Source: Daphnia carinata | Taxonomy: Eukaryota | DNA length: 64,000 nucleotides | Assembly (NCBI RefSeq): GCF_022539665.2 | Contig: NC_081333.1 | Coordinates: 1,116,001 to 1,180,000 of the forward strand | Reading direction: 5' to 3' | In this document: piece after piece, positions 27,701-40,476 of the stretch | How the letters are laid out: each line of letters opens with the position of its first letter | How positions within the stretch are numbered: the first letter of the stretch is position 1 | Program-made: the position numbers and the translations under genes | The notes under the pieces: generated by a model | Database searches by the model: none | Told to the model about the DNA's origin: nothing | What the model saw: only the letters and a program-made list of their open reading frames with translations

Positions 27701-30700
27701 AAGTCAGTGCCAGCAAAAACCAATGCTTGTTTTTTTTTTGGTTGGTGTTGTTGTTTTGCCGAGTTGAATTGGTTTCTTTCTTTTTTTTTTTTTTTTTTTT
27801 TTTCCTCCTCGTGTACGATGCACATGATAAGGAAACAACCACCTGTGCCATCAAGTTCGAACGTCCTGTAAATGGCCACCGTGTGAGGGAAATAAAAAAG
27901 AAGGGGGGTTTTAAAACATCGCGACGACCTGCTGCAAGAACATGATCGTTAGACCAGACATGCTGGGCAATTTTGTATTTTTTTTTTTTTTTTTTAACAA
28001 TCGGCTGTTAATTGAGTCTAATTTGGCCGTCAGATTTTTTTTTGGGTGGAAAGGGCCGTTTCCCCTGTTTTTTTGACCGCTTGTTTATTCCGATGATGGA
28101 AATTGCGCATTCTTTCGCTAAGATGACGTTTACGTGCGGTACCATATATATATATTTTTTTCCTTTCCCTATTACAGAAAATCGTTCTGTTGTTTTTGTT
28201 TGGCTTGAAATAGACACGAAAACAAGACGTTCCATGCCTGTTTTACTTAAAGGCAATCAAACGAACGACTGTTGAAACATGTGCGATTCGTGCGCTATCC
28301 TATGGGTATTTATCTCAAAAGAGTCAAACCTCTAATGTATTTGAAGAGTCGCTCTAGACTCGAAAACAAAAAGTCTGTTGCACAAATTATTGGGTTTTTT
28401 TTTTTTTGTGTGTGGAAAATTCAGTGTTCCATATAGAGAAAATGGAGGCGAAAAAAAAAAGAAAAGAAAGTACAACATCGGTTGGTAAAAATAAAACGAG
28501 TCAAATGACGGGAGCAAGAATGCATATCGACACGCTTATCACAACATGTCATCAGTTTCTTTTGAAAGTTCTTTTCGAAAACATCTCTCGTGAAAGTGTG
28601 AGAGAAGTCTAGATTAGTAACAAGGTCCAATAAGTCTACATCGTATATTATGTTTGTTTGTTTTTTATTTATTGCTGTTGATGACTTGTTACCCGATAGC
28701 CGTCGAAATTGGTCCGTTAGAAAACTGGACGACCGCGTGATGATGATGGTGATCATCTACGTCACTTTCAAAATTGCATGTCCACGGTATGGATGGGAGC
28801 CGGGGCAGCGGACCAGTAGAAACGGTCGCGCTTGCGTCGTGCGCGACATGATGCGGTCATCGAGAAGACTGGAACGCCGACGTTCGGTTGGGATGGTGAT
28901 AGCGGATGCTGGAACGAACGGCTGTTGGCAAGGAAATCCGGATAGCTGGTCCAATTGCTCAGTAGGGGCGGATGTCGAAGCTTTTTGGACGGCCTCCAAG
29001 TGCAATATTTGTATTGATCGCCCAGTGGGCCGGGATGTGACTGGCCAGGATGGAACTCGGTCAGTCCGTAACTAGAATTAAAGTAATGCACGCTGTTGCC
29101 GTTGGGAAAGCGCCTTTGCTCAGCCAAAGGATTCAGTTGACCGTCGGCTATCGGCGTGAGGTAGATGGGCAGCTGGGCAGTCATGGAATGCCGACGGGGC
29201 TGGACAATCTCTAAGAGCTGGCCGTCGTTTTTTCGATTACCTAAGCCTCTTAATGGATCGAGTGCTCTCTCTCGTAGATAATTGCACGTCGCTTGGAACA
29301 CTTGATGACTCTGATCGTCGATAGATGGCCGATGTTGTGGTCGTCCAGGTCCGCGGAAAGTGGAAAATTGTCCCTGCTGGACGTGTTCGCCGTTGATCCA
29401 AATGGCCGTCGGTTCCGAAGTGGTGCCCGCCGATGACGCGAACGTTATGACTTTGTTTTTTTGCTCGACTTCGTCCTTACTGCTGCCATCTAGCGTGCCG
29501 TTTTGGTCCTTCTTGTTCTTTTTACCGCACTTGATACTCGGACAGCAACAGCAAACCAAGATGACGATGACCAACGTCGTAGACGTTGAAACGGAAGCGG
29601 CAACAGCCATTTCAGTCACCGGATACGACGTTATCTTTTCTGCGAGCGTAACGACTTCCAAGCATCGTTGTTGATCTTTGGGACTTCCGGCCAAGTGGAC
29701 GCAAACTTGGTAGCCAGTGGAAGACGTCAGGTTGACTAGAGTCTGCGTTTTATTTTTTGAAAGTACCTCTCCGACGGATACTTCCTCCATTTTTCCACTT
29801 CCGAATTGCCGGTAATTGATGGTCCAATTCAAAGGTGTCGAGGTGTTGGCTGTTATTTGTATCGTCATGTTGATTCGATCCGAGAACGGGATGGCGCTGA
29901 TTGAGACAGATCGCAAGATGCTTTCCGTGTCGTCCTCTTCACGTTTTGCGCTAGACGTTTCATTGCCCTTGCAAAAGTCTTGCGGGAGGTCTGCCAAGTG
30001 ACGACCTTTCCAGCGTTCAGGATGAACGCAGTGATCCATTTCGAGTTCGCCTCCGTCAGTCAAATTCTTGCGCGTCTCGCTCCACTGCCAAAGCCACACA
30101 GCGCCACAGTCGCATCGCACTGGGTTCCCTGAAAAGAACAAAAACAAAAATAGGTTTCCATTGTAACAGATTTTTTTTTTTGCCTAACCGTTTATCTAAC
30201 GGTTTGAATTGTTACCTCTGATCGAAATGGTCTTCAATGACGAAGGCAATTGAAGGACGGGCACTTGGTCAAGCTTATTGTTGTCCAATTTCAGCCAGCC
30301 GAGTTGAGGCATTTTTGAAAAGGATTCGAGCGGCATACCTGAAAATGAGCCAAAAAAAATAAATAATGATAATCGTCTGTACTTTGCGTGCTCGTATTAT
30401 AAAGAAAAACACGGGGCGTAGGTAATTTTACTTTGAAAATTATTGTGCGACAGGTCGAGTTGACGTAAGCGCCCGAAAGGCCGTGAAAATTGGTCGGGAA
30501 AAGCCGTCAGGTTGTTGGAACGTAACTGAATCGTTTCGATGTGATCCCTGAGCGGCTCTAAATTGAAAATAGCCAACGGCAATGTTTGGCCGATGGCCAC
30601 TCCGGATGGATAGCGAACATTGTCCAGGTATCCCAGTCTGTTGTAGTTCAAATTGAGATGCCGGAGTTTGAGCAAGTGGAAGAAGACGGCGCCCTGCGGC

Positions 30701-31985
30701 AGCGAGCGGATGCGATTTCTGCTGAGATCCATCCGAACCAGGGCCGTTAAATTCCGGATGGCTGCCGGGATTTCCTCTAGAAAATTGCCGCTCAGATCGA
30801 GCTCCTCCAGAACGTTTTCTTGGCCGGCCAAACTGTCGATGGTTAAACTTTGCAGTCCACTCTGGTGGACGCTCAAGCGTCGCAAGCCGATGCGGGCCAG
30901 CGAATCTGGCCCGGATAGCGACGGGAGTGCACAGTCGCTGATTTCGAGTTCTAATAAAGCGTCAGCCGCCACCTGCGGCTTGATCTGTTGGAGAAAACTT
31001 TTGATGAAAGCCGTGTCGGCATTTTGGCAGCGAACGGCATCCAACACTTTTTCGAGAGATCCGGTCCGACTCATCCGTATGCCATATACGGATTGGCATA
31101 ACGGGGGCTTGGTGGGCTGCGTACCGATAGACCGGACGACCAGTAGCATCACCGCAAAACACGGCCACGGCGACATGGTTTGTCATAAGTGTCCGTTTGT
31201 TTGTTTTTTATGTGTCAGCCTAGTTCGGTCAGCCCCATACTGTTAAACACACAAAAAAACATAACTGAATTAACGAGAAACATATTTTTGAAAATTGCCA
31301 TGGGCGAGAGAGTAAATTGGAATGTAAATTATGTTGCCTTGACGGACGCATGATGAAGCTCAAGAGATGCGTTTTTTTTTTTTTTTTCGTTTTGATCGAA
31401 TTAAAAAAAAAAAAAAAAAAAAAAACGAAGAAGATTAGTTTAGATGAAAACATCTAGAGTAAATGCGCAGTTGCGATTAATGAGCTACCGCTTCCATCAC
31501 GTGAAAATGTAACTATGGCAACGTGTAAAAGAAATTCCTTGATGAAAAACAAAGTACGTCCGCCGGCGGGCAGCGCTCTCATTGAAAATGCTTGTTCTAA
31601 AACATTTTTTTTTTTTTTTTTTTTTTTTTGTATAATCAAGGTTGATCCCTCTGGCTTTGGCAAATTCTTTTTCTAAAGAAATTATGCCGATTGAATAGAA
31701 AGAAAAAAAAAAAGCGAAAAGATCCTATTTCTTTTCCAGCAATTAAAAACTCGTGTTTATGATTCTCATTCGAATCCTTGGCATATTCATTCGCTCGGAG
31801 CTCTAGCGATTAAACGTCCGACCGTTTCTTTTGTGTGCCTTTTGGGCATCCGCATGGCACGTGATAATGTTTGAAATAGATGTGCAGCTGGAAGCGATAT
31901 TGCACGAAAAAGAATAAAAATTCCAGCACATTCGCACTTGAAATGGTAACACAACCATAACAAAGTCACGATCTCTTTTGGTTGT

Positions 31986-32031
<46 letters not shown>

Positions 32032-33254
32032 AAACTTAGCGCTGGACGTGTTTTTATCGACTTTATCCCATTTTGGAGCGTCCGTAAGACATCCGTATCA
32101 CTTTGATGGCCGCTACCACTAGATGGTCTGGGTCTAAAAGAGTACCCATATAGGGGCCGTCGCCCTTGACGCAGAATTGATCCTAAGGCCGTCATGGCCG
32201 CGGTACTTATCCAAGTGACAATTTTTATTGAGAAAAAAAAAAGGAAAAGAAGAGCCAGAAAGGCGACGTGACGTGGCTGACAGGTGTCTTAGAATCAGCC
32301 GATGGTTGTCTCACGTGGAAAAAAAAAAAAAGCCGTGCTGTTTAGTCAAGCAAACTGCATATTTGTATAATTCATCCATGTGTGTATGCCCTTGAACTCT
32401 CTCTCTCTCTCTCTCTTTCTCCCTTCGCCCCTTTTCTTTTTTTTATGTTTTTGTTAATTCTGTCAGCCAATTTGGAGATGACTTTGTCCAGCATTCTATC
32501 GCCGACTTTATTCTTTCACACGTACGCGCTTTGTTCCTTCCTTTTTTGCCTGACTTGCCCGTCAAACTATATTGAAAACAACGCGCAGTCGAGCGCAAAA
32601 ATCGTATACATTTAATTTTAAAAGAAAAAAAAGTAGAGAGACAGCTCAAGATAGTCGCTATACGTCACTGGGTATCTGCACAGTTGATAGCGATCAAATT
32701 ATGCAAACTGTCCCGTTGCGTTCTCGACCAGGAGTTGTCGCTGTAACACACAACATTTTTTTTTTTTTTGTTTTGTTTTCTCCTTTGCCGCTGCTGCTGG
32801 CGACGACCTCTTCGACACTGATTTTACTTTCAAATGAAGCGCACTGTTCCGACCAAGAAAACAAAAAAAAACAACTGCACACATTGGTGGACACGGGCAC
32901 ACACGCGTACACAATGCCGTCTCGCAGCGCACAGAGAGGTTTATTCTGTTTGCTAAAAGATGAGATCTTCGTCATCATCATTCACGCCCGTTTTGAAAAG
33001 CGCACAGGTGTTCAGCGCTTCATATTTCTCACTGGATGTACGTACATGTGTTTTTAAATTTTACCTCCGAAGTATAGAAGCGCTTAGCAATTTTTGAACG
33101 TACCTGCATTAAATTGCAGACTTGGATTATGGCTTGCGTTGTCGGAAAGGTTCGGCTTGCGATCTCGACGATAGGCAGACAGAGACTGGATATAATGTTC
33201 GGTATCCCACCAAGCGGTTTCACGTTAGATTGCGAGTGTTTTTATGTGTCTGAC

Positions 33255-33289
<35 letters not shown>

Positions 33290-36200
33290 GGTACCGATGC
33301 GCGTTGACTCAAGCCACCGACTCGTCTTTTGGATGGTCCGTACCGTGTTATTTTAGAAACGAAAAAAAAAAAAAAATAAATAAATAAAAAGAGAGAAGGA
33401 AAGAGGAGGAGGCTAAGAAAGAAGGAGGTAACTGCAGGCTACGTATCGTTGGCATCTTCAGCCTGAAAGATGAGATGAATCTGAAGAAGAGAAGAGTAAG
33501 AAAAAAACGTGACGGTGATCTCATGCTTCTATGCTCCATCCCATAATAGCTGCAAGGCTTTCTTTATTTTTTAAAAATACCTATCTATTATAGTTATATC
33601 ATACATTTTGTCTCCTATTTAATTCTGTTTTTCCGTTATTGAGTGGCTAGGAAATGTATTCCTAATTAGGTGAACTGTTTATGCGATGCAATAGAGCAGA
33701 AACATGGCAAAAGGTAGTCGTAATTCTTGCGCTGAAATGATGAACTCGAGTCCATCAATGCTTATACCTGCGGTACGCCTTACGGATCTCTCGTTTGGCT
33801 AATACTTTCAATAGAAAAGAAGCGTCTCGAGTTCGTGATCTCTCGTTTAAAAATTCATTCCATTTTTGGGGGGAGATGGTGATGTTCCGTGGAGTCGGCC
33901 GGTTTGCCTGTGCGTTCGATGAAGACGTCGTTGGCGGACGTTTAGGAAGCGGATGCCGACAGGCCAAACTAGTAAACCATTGACTGGAGTGATATACGGC
34001 GGTGAAGGAGGATGATGTTGATTGCTCGCTTTTTTCATGACGTCGTGTGGAATCTAGCTCACTGCGCACAAGGAGTGGCCTCCAATCGTCATCTGGATCT
34101 TGCGAACGGCGTTGGAACTCATTTAGTCGGCACCGACAGACTTCGTCACAGTCCAGCAACAAAGTCGACCAAACGGGAAACCTCAAAATGAGCCTCGTAA
34201 GAGAATAGAAAAAAAGAAGAGAGACAAGTCCACTTGTATTTCTTGAAAACGGAATGTTAGATGGTCATTTCACCGCAAGCGTGCTTTTGACGTATCCATA
34301 AGGAAAAATGCCGATCAAATTATCTTTGAAATTACAAAAAAAAAAAAAAAAAAAACAGTTCCTTAACGGTCACTCAAAAAAAATAAAAGAATTTTGCCAA
34401 CATTTGGTTAATCGAGAACAGATCAACATTTGAAAAAAAAAGGAATTTTTTTTTGTTGTTGTTGTTGGTTTTGTTCTATCTCGTTTTGTGAAAAAATCGG
34501 GTCTGCCACTATCCGAACGGGGGTCTCGCGTCTTATTGACTCTGCGCTTCTTGCCTAGATGATACCAGCAGACCTCTTACCTGCACGAAACAATAAAATG
34601 ACGGTCAAGTCAAACCTTTTAGGGTTGTTTTTCTTTTCTTTTTTTTTTTTCTTTTTTTTTTTTTTGCGCCTTTATCTTTACGCTAACATAGCCGGAGGGT
34701 TTTCGTACGTGTCGGCCGTCTCCCGTGCTCGTACCCGCGTGCCCTATTCCGTTTTCGTCTTCGCAAAGTCTACCGTGTTGTTCGTTTTTCTTTTTTTATT
34801 ACGTTGCATCATGCTAACATGGTCGTTTTATTTCCCTTTTGGTCCAAGGTTGGAGACTGGTGGTGTGCCCGACTTGAACTACTGCCGCCTCTATCAGAAA
34901 TTACAGGTGAGTCACACACACACGGTGATTCAATTTGTTTGTTTTTTTGGGTGGGATTAGTAAATTTATTTTTGGTCTTTGTAGATGTTGAACTGCTGCA
35001 TTAATCACAAAAAAGTTGGAAATTCAGCGCCAACTGTTGAGGCGACGGAGGAAGACGAGTTCTACGACGCCGAGGAGACGTTGGAATCGATGGAAGCGAC
35101 GCCGCAAAAAGAGCGCCATTCCGTCTGGAACCAGCCGCAGGGCCGCAAAGAGCGGACTAAAATGAAATTGCTTGGTTCGGGCGAGACCCTTTACGAACCG
35201 GTGACTCAAGCCCTCCTACCCATGACCGAAGATATGGTGGAAGAACAGGCCGAAATGATGGAGCAGCTCGGTGACAACGCTGAGGGATCTGAACTCAGGG
35301 CCAGAATCCTCTCCGCTTCTCTGCTTTCGGATATGGAAGCTTTCAAAGTAACGTTTTTTCTCTTTCTTTTCTTTTTTTTTTTTTTTTTTCTAAATTGAAT
35401 CGAAATAGTTTATCTATTTTTAAAAAATCGTGTTGGTCGTTCAGTGTAACGCAAAATGTATTTGTTAGTTTGAACCAAGTTTTCGGCGAACGGTGATTGG
35501 AACATTTCAGTTGCCATTTTTGGAATTTGGCCCGTCTCTTTTGAGTTTGGTGGGAAGATGCTTTATCTTCATTAGCGAATTTCATCTGACAAATTGAAAA
35601 AAAAAAGGGAAAGAAAATGACTCAATCTCCGCAACACCCGAAATGAACGTGGCGTCATCCAACTGTTTTTATATCTATTTTTTATTTTTCCTTGTTTGGT
35701 TTGGTTCTCTTTATTTTGTTTTCTTTAGTATTATTATTTATTTATTTTCTATTTTTTTTTTTTTTTGCACTGATCAGAACTTTTGAAGCGTAGTTTCCTT
35801 CTTCCTTATCACGGAATGGATGACGTTAGTTTGTTTCTAATTTTATCTCGACCTCCCGCCAATGACTTAAAAGAGGCATTAATCGCAACAGGATCTAGAA
35901 AATTTTCTTTAATTACTTGAATTTCTTCTAGGCTGCCAATCCTGGAGCCGAAATGGAGGACTTTGTGCGCTGGCATTCGCCACGGGACTGGATCGAGGAG
36001 GAAGTGGTGACATCGGATGGCTGCAAAACGGAAGGTTAGCCATTGATCACGACGAAACTATCGAAAAATTAAAACATTTAAGCAATTAACCTAAACGCAA
36101 TCTGAAAGCGAGAGAAAGGTCGTTCCATTACGTTTTCTTTCACCACTGCCCTTGGTGGTCCTTTTATCGTAGAAGATTAGGTTTCTTGTTCATTCGTGGC

Positions 36201-37471
36201 TTGTTACAAGAGTAACGACTCTCTTCCAACAATGCATAATCGCCTACGGTTTGACTTGTATTCCCCCCCATTTCTTTTTTCCCTGCATGTTTAAACGTTC
36301 AGGTTTTTGTTCCTCGCTATCAGGTATCAATTCAACAACAAAAAAAAAAAAAATGAACGCCAGATGAAATCAAGCGATTTGTATGACTAGGATGGCTTCA
36401 CCATGCGTTGGATGCCGTAAGCTACCTGTAAACTAGCCGAACAGTTCCAACTCGCTTTCAGATTAATTCTGCCCAAGGAAAGGTTATTTAAATGTAAATG
36501 CCCCCCTTGGTTGGGCGTATAGGGGTGATAGGCTCTTGCTACTTGAACGATAGCCACGTTCGCAGTTGAATGAAGAAGATCGTTTCTGGCTCACGCTCGT
36601 TTTTCCCCCTTTAGGTCGTTTAAGCGGGAGGATGCAAGCACCGGGTAACCTGTGGCAAGAAATGTGGCGGGCAGCCAAGCCGATCGTCGCCTGGAGGCAG
36701 AAACGCCTCTTTGACGACACCAAAGAGGCCGAAAAGATCCTCCATACCTTCTCGTCACTCAGACCGGCTCAAATAGCCACAATGCTCTTACCACTGTTAT
36801 GCACGCATCCATTCATCGGTTGCTGGAAGAATTGCGCCCCAACGTCCAACTGCCCGACGCTGTTTCCAATTGTCGGGTTGCTATAGCCAAGATCGTTCAA
36901 ATCGCGCGCCACTCACCTCTTGATTTACAACAATATGAGGTGGTAACGACATTGTCTTGTTTTGTTTTTTTATTATTGTGTTTTTAAAATACATTATTTT
37001 TTTCGTGATAGGATTTGCTACCAGTGCTTCAGAAGATTGAAGTTCGTCTGTCACAGTTCATTTCATTGCGACGCAGAATTAACGACTATGGGGACTGGGA
37101 AGGCATTGATGAGTTTGTTACTCGCCTCTTGATTGATGGAAATGTCTCTCTAGCAGGCGGATCACATTCTCCGGCCGGAAAGGCCTTACTCAATATCATG
37201 GGAAGCCTGAATGTAACAAATCATTTTTGTTTTCTTTTAAATGTCCATTTTTTTTTTCTAGTATTAAAATTAACGTAAAAATCCTAACAAATAGAAGAAG
37301 GATCCATCGTCTGGACTACCTTCTCCGGTGAAAAAAGAATTCGTTCTCAGGGCAATGGCACATCGTCCAGGCAACGGTTCGACTTGCAGCTGTCAGAAAT
37401 TGTTCTGTAGCGTCGACGAGGACTCTGTTCGCTTAGCGGGAGCTTGGACACAAGACATACTGTTTTATTGA
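15789..37471 (+). CDS. Rab3GAP1: Rab3 GTPase-activating protein catalytic subunit, 15 exons, with one apparent 1-nt frameshift at ~36791
   Basis: Exons 15789-15803, 16123-16306, 16368-16647, 16725-16861, 16936-17146, 17202-17437, 17500-17681, 17780-17848, 17919-18091, 34849-34906, 34985-35347, 35932-36034, 36615-36939 (or 36942), 37012-37212, 37295-37471. Family motifs: EVFEIVDFTSASEWE, VAHLWHEIVLELRFRWEN, QKLQMLNCCI, SASLLSDMEAFKAANPG, DFVRWHSPRDW, RQKRLFDDTKEAEK, RLAGAW. Confidence 0.95.
18302..23122 (-). CDS. haf: LRR-LRRCT-FN3 single-pass transmembrane protein, hattifattener (haf)-like, ~1042 aa, nested antisense in Rab3GAP1 intron 9
   Basis: Exons 23122-22244, 21302-20987, 20925-20628, 20555-20171, 20099-19655, 19586-19245, 18765-18302, phase-consistent. 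Signal peptide, many LxxLxLxxN repeats, LRRCT (GGRFLECDCRLRW), Pro/Thr stalk, FN3 (IQWD...GFRVVYRLFG), TM (IIIAASAAICGTVVVAVVIFICC), tail motifs KDWDQLSMYS and NWTDHDMDIY. The haf name rests on remembered architecture and motifs. Confidence 0.85.
28768..31176 (-). CDS. Second LRR-LRRCT-FN3 single-pass transmembrane protein, ~742 aa, nested antisense in Rab3GAP1 intron 9
   Basis: Exons 31176-30432, 30338-30216, 30128-28768 (2229 nt, phase-consistent). Signal peptide MSPWPCFAVMLLVV, LRRs (LEELDLSGN, LRHLNLNYN), LRRCT GNPVRCDC, FN3-like (WTINYRQFG...LTSSTGYQVCV), TM followed by CCCCP, long low-complexity cytoplasmic tail. Confidence 0.9.
31987..32026. repeat. Poly-T tract (40 nt), the longest I noted of many homopolymer and microsatellite runs in introns of the first 40 kb
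   Basis: Read directly. Confidence 0.9.
33104..33288 (-). promoter_or_regulatory. Candidate promoter and non-coding first exon for the nested LRR gene(s)
   Basis: (GA)16 tract at 33257-33288 directly followed on the minus strand by Inr-like CCAGTC; donor CAG|gtacg at 33104. The LRR gene has a strong acceptor (tttaacag) at 31240, upstream of its ATG. Confidence 0.4.
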
Positions 37472-37675
37472 TACACGTTGGTAAGCATACCGAATATGAG
37501 CGGCTCATATTTTTCTTTTTTTAAACGGTTTATTTGCCTTGCTTTGTTAGCGGTCGTCTTAAAAAAACGTGCGCACCACAAATGTTTTTCCAAATCTCAA
37601 AATATACTAGAAAAATACAAAAGTTCTTGGTGAAGGCTTGAAAATGCCTCTCGTTGTTACAAGACGACACGTTTT

Positions 37676-39849
37676 TCAAATGTTTCGCGAACTAGAGCCA
37701 GCTGGTTCAAGCCATGCCTGTAGCGCAACGGAGTGCTGCAAAGCTCGAATGTCAGATAGAAGAGCGATCAGCTTGGCGATAAGAAAGGGCCGTGTTGACC
37801 AACGTTGTTGCACGAAGCAGTGAAACGCCTGCAAAACTTTATCGACGATATCGCGTAGCGTGTTTACGTGACTGGGAAGAAACCCACTGCCGAGTGCATC
37901 GGGCGAGAGCAGAGCTAAGGTTGAAAGAAAAGCCAATTCATCAGTACCGATGCCCAAGCGGAGTATCAGACGGCCTGTTGGTGAAAATAACTGAAGATGA
38001 GGGACGTTTCAATGAAGGGGTAAACAAATCGTTGACTACCTAAATTGGCAAGACGACTTGTTGTTACGCTGCCCAAAAGAGTGGAAGACAGGCAAGACAG
38101 TGTCACTTCAGCGCCAGGTGGGAACAGAAAGGACTCACGTTCGGGACAAAAGCGGAAAGTGACTCGCAAAATCTACGGGAATAAAGGGTAACAATGATTG
38201 ATACAAAATTATATAGTTTTACTTAATGTACTTACCATCGCATCCAGGGCGTTTGTTTCTAACAAATGCGTACGTAATTCAGGGGGTAAGATAGAAACGA
38301 AAGGTAAAGAATGAGCAAAATGTTGCATTGCTTGAAATCCACGCTTGCTGAGATCCCCACCTGGTGGCCACAGCTGATCTGGGCCTAACGACAAAACGGC
38401 AGCGTACTTTTTAAAAAATACTATGTTATTAACAAGACATATTTCTACAATTTGATTTGACAACCAGTTCTTTACCCGAGAAGTGAAAATTTCCGAAACG
38501 GTGGTAAAAGTAGCTGACTGAGCTGCTGCAACAAACCCCATCCATTCCAATACGTCTGTCGGTGGAATCGACGGCGAGCGATGCATCGACGTCGACGGCG
38601 GTTGCAGTAGCTGGCGATTGCGGCGACGCTTTTTGTAAGACTCGTAGGCTAAATTAATATACGCATCTATTGGATGTGAAAAATGTTACGAATAAGTGTG
38701 TTTTACCATCACCGTAAACCATCCCAACTTCGTAGCAACGACGTAGCCGACAAGCTCGGCATTTGTTTCGAGTTAAGCGGTTAACGACACAGTTCGAATT
38801 GTTAAAGCATGTGAACACAGCATCTTCTGGGTTCCGCAAATTAGCTCGCCGGAAGAAGCCCTACCCAAATGAAGTGTCATGTATCCATTGAACTTTGTTT
38901 TTCAGTAAATATTGGTCTAATGATATTACCTTACAACCTTCGCAAGCGACGACTCCGTAATGGATACCGCAGCTAACGTCACCACAAACACTACATGGCG
39001 GCATTTCTAAAGTGCTGTAGGTGTCTTCATCTGTACTTGCATCGCCTTCATTAGAATTTTTCCTGTAAAGGAATGGTAAATTCGGGTTCTAAAACATTAA
39101 GTGATTTTTACATTGCGTACCTTTTAACGGCTTTCGATTCGTCTGATTGCTGCGATTGGCATAATTGCGTTTGATACGAAAGCGATTGATGTAGCTGTGA
39201 CTGGTATGGCTGAAATCCGACGGAACTGGTGGAGTAATTATTGGTGTTGCTGTTATTGTGGGAGGATGAGTGAGGTACAATTGCACAGGGCGTAAACGAT
39301 GAAGAAGTAGGAGAGACGCCCATCGCAGTACAAGGTTCCGATGTTGTTGCACCCACTTGTTGATGGTAACCGGTAGAATACGTCACTGAACCCTCTGTTA
39401 GCTGGATATTAGGACATTGCTGCTGCTGAAAAACGTTACAAGGATGATGATCCATAAAATGCATGACACGCATTCCGTTTGTAATCAAATTGTCGTAGTG
39501 AGTCTCCACGCCGGCAACGCTGCTCGGCTGTGAAAACGGGCGCTCCTGTAGCAGACAAGCTTTGCTGCTCAGATTGAATAACTTTCTTTAATGTATAACG
39601 TAATAGATTTACCAGAGATGGTAGAGAATAATGAGGCTTGAAAACAGCTGGTTGGTGCTCGGTGGCAGGTCGATAAAATGCAGTGAGATTGGCATCGAAT
39701 CTAGGGTGAAGTTGATAACTTGCCGCTAGAGTTGATGATGCAGACGACAAAGAGGAAGACGGTCGGGGAGACGAAGCGTTCACGTTGTCCTGAGAAGTTG
39801 TCTGAGTGAGGTCAATGGAAGCATGCATTGCTTCTGCAATGAATTCCAT
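37676..39849 (-). CDS. Nuclear hormone receptor, divergent NR1-type (C4 zinc-finger DBD + LBD), ~574 aa
   Basis: Exons 39849-39613, 39545-39121, 39062-38930, 38860-38707, 38648-38476, 38406-38236, 38172-38040, 37974-37676, phase-consistent. DBD is [27 protein letters not shown]...CFNNSNC...[20 protein letters not shown] signatures FAHSLPF...LL and [14 protein letters not shown]. The start codon choice is tentative. Confidence 0.93.
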
Positions 39850-40476
39850 AGTTTTTTCCCCCTTATTTTTCACTGTGTTTTCTATTTCGTTGCGTCCTAT
39901 TGTTGTTAAAAATCGATTAACAGTGTACCACGGCACGCTATTCTTTGATGGTGGACGTTTGCTTGGTCATGGTCGCATGCCAAATGACCCGGCTGCTCTC
40001 AGGTCGGTTGCCACAATGCGGTAAAGAATGGCAAGTGAGTTCAGTCAAAACGAAAAAAAAAAAAAAAAAAAAAAAAAAAAGAAATGGGATGGGGGCAGAA
40101 CCGAGTGGCTTCGTCAGAAAACAAAAACAGAAAAGATGCTAATTTTACCCTCCCACCCCTTTCAACCTACAAAAGCAAAACCCCGGAAAAATTAGCTTTT
40201 CTTTCTTTTCTTTAGTTTTTTCCCGTCAATCGTACGCCAAAGTAACAAACCAGAGCCAGCATTCAGAATGTGAAACAGTGTGCTTTCTAATCGGTATACA
40301 ATTATCGTATGACTCGGCAAAGAAAAACAACATCCAGGTGCTTTCGAACTTAACGTTCGCAGGAACACACATCACCTCTGGCGTAACAATTTTCGTAATC
40401 TGTTTGTCTCCCCTCCTTTTGAAATGGCTCGACCTTGGCAGTTTCCTAGAGGGCTAACAACGTACCGACATCGCTT

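Noticed and set aside
33755..34186. 143-aa minus-strand ORF as a third nested gene
   Set aside because: Non-ATG start and no recognisable domain. It is better explained as a non-coding leader exon ending at the 33768 donor.
98..35585. Numerous short ORF-track entries rich in poly-K/poly-F or CV/HT repeats, and antisense shadows of real exons
   Set aside because: They arise from homopolymer and microsatellite tracts or from the opposite strand of coding exons.
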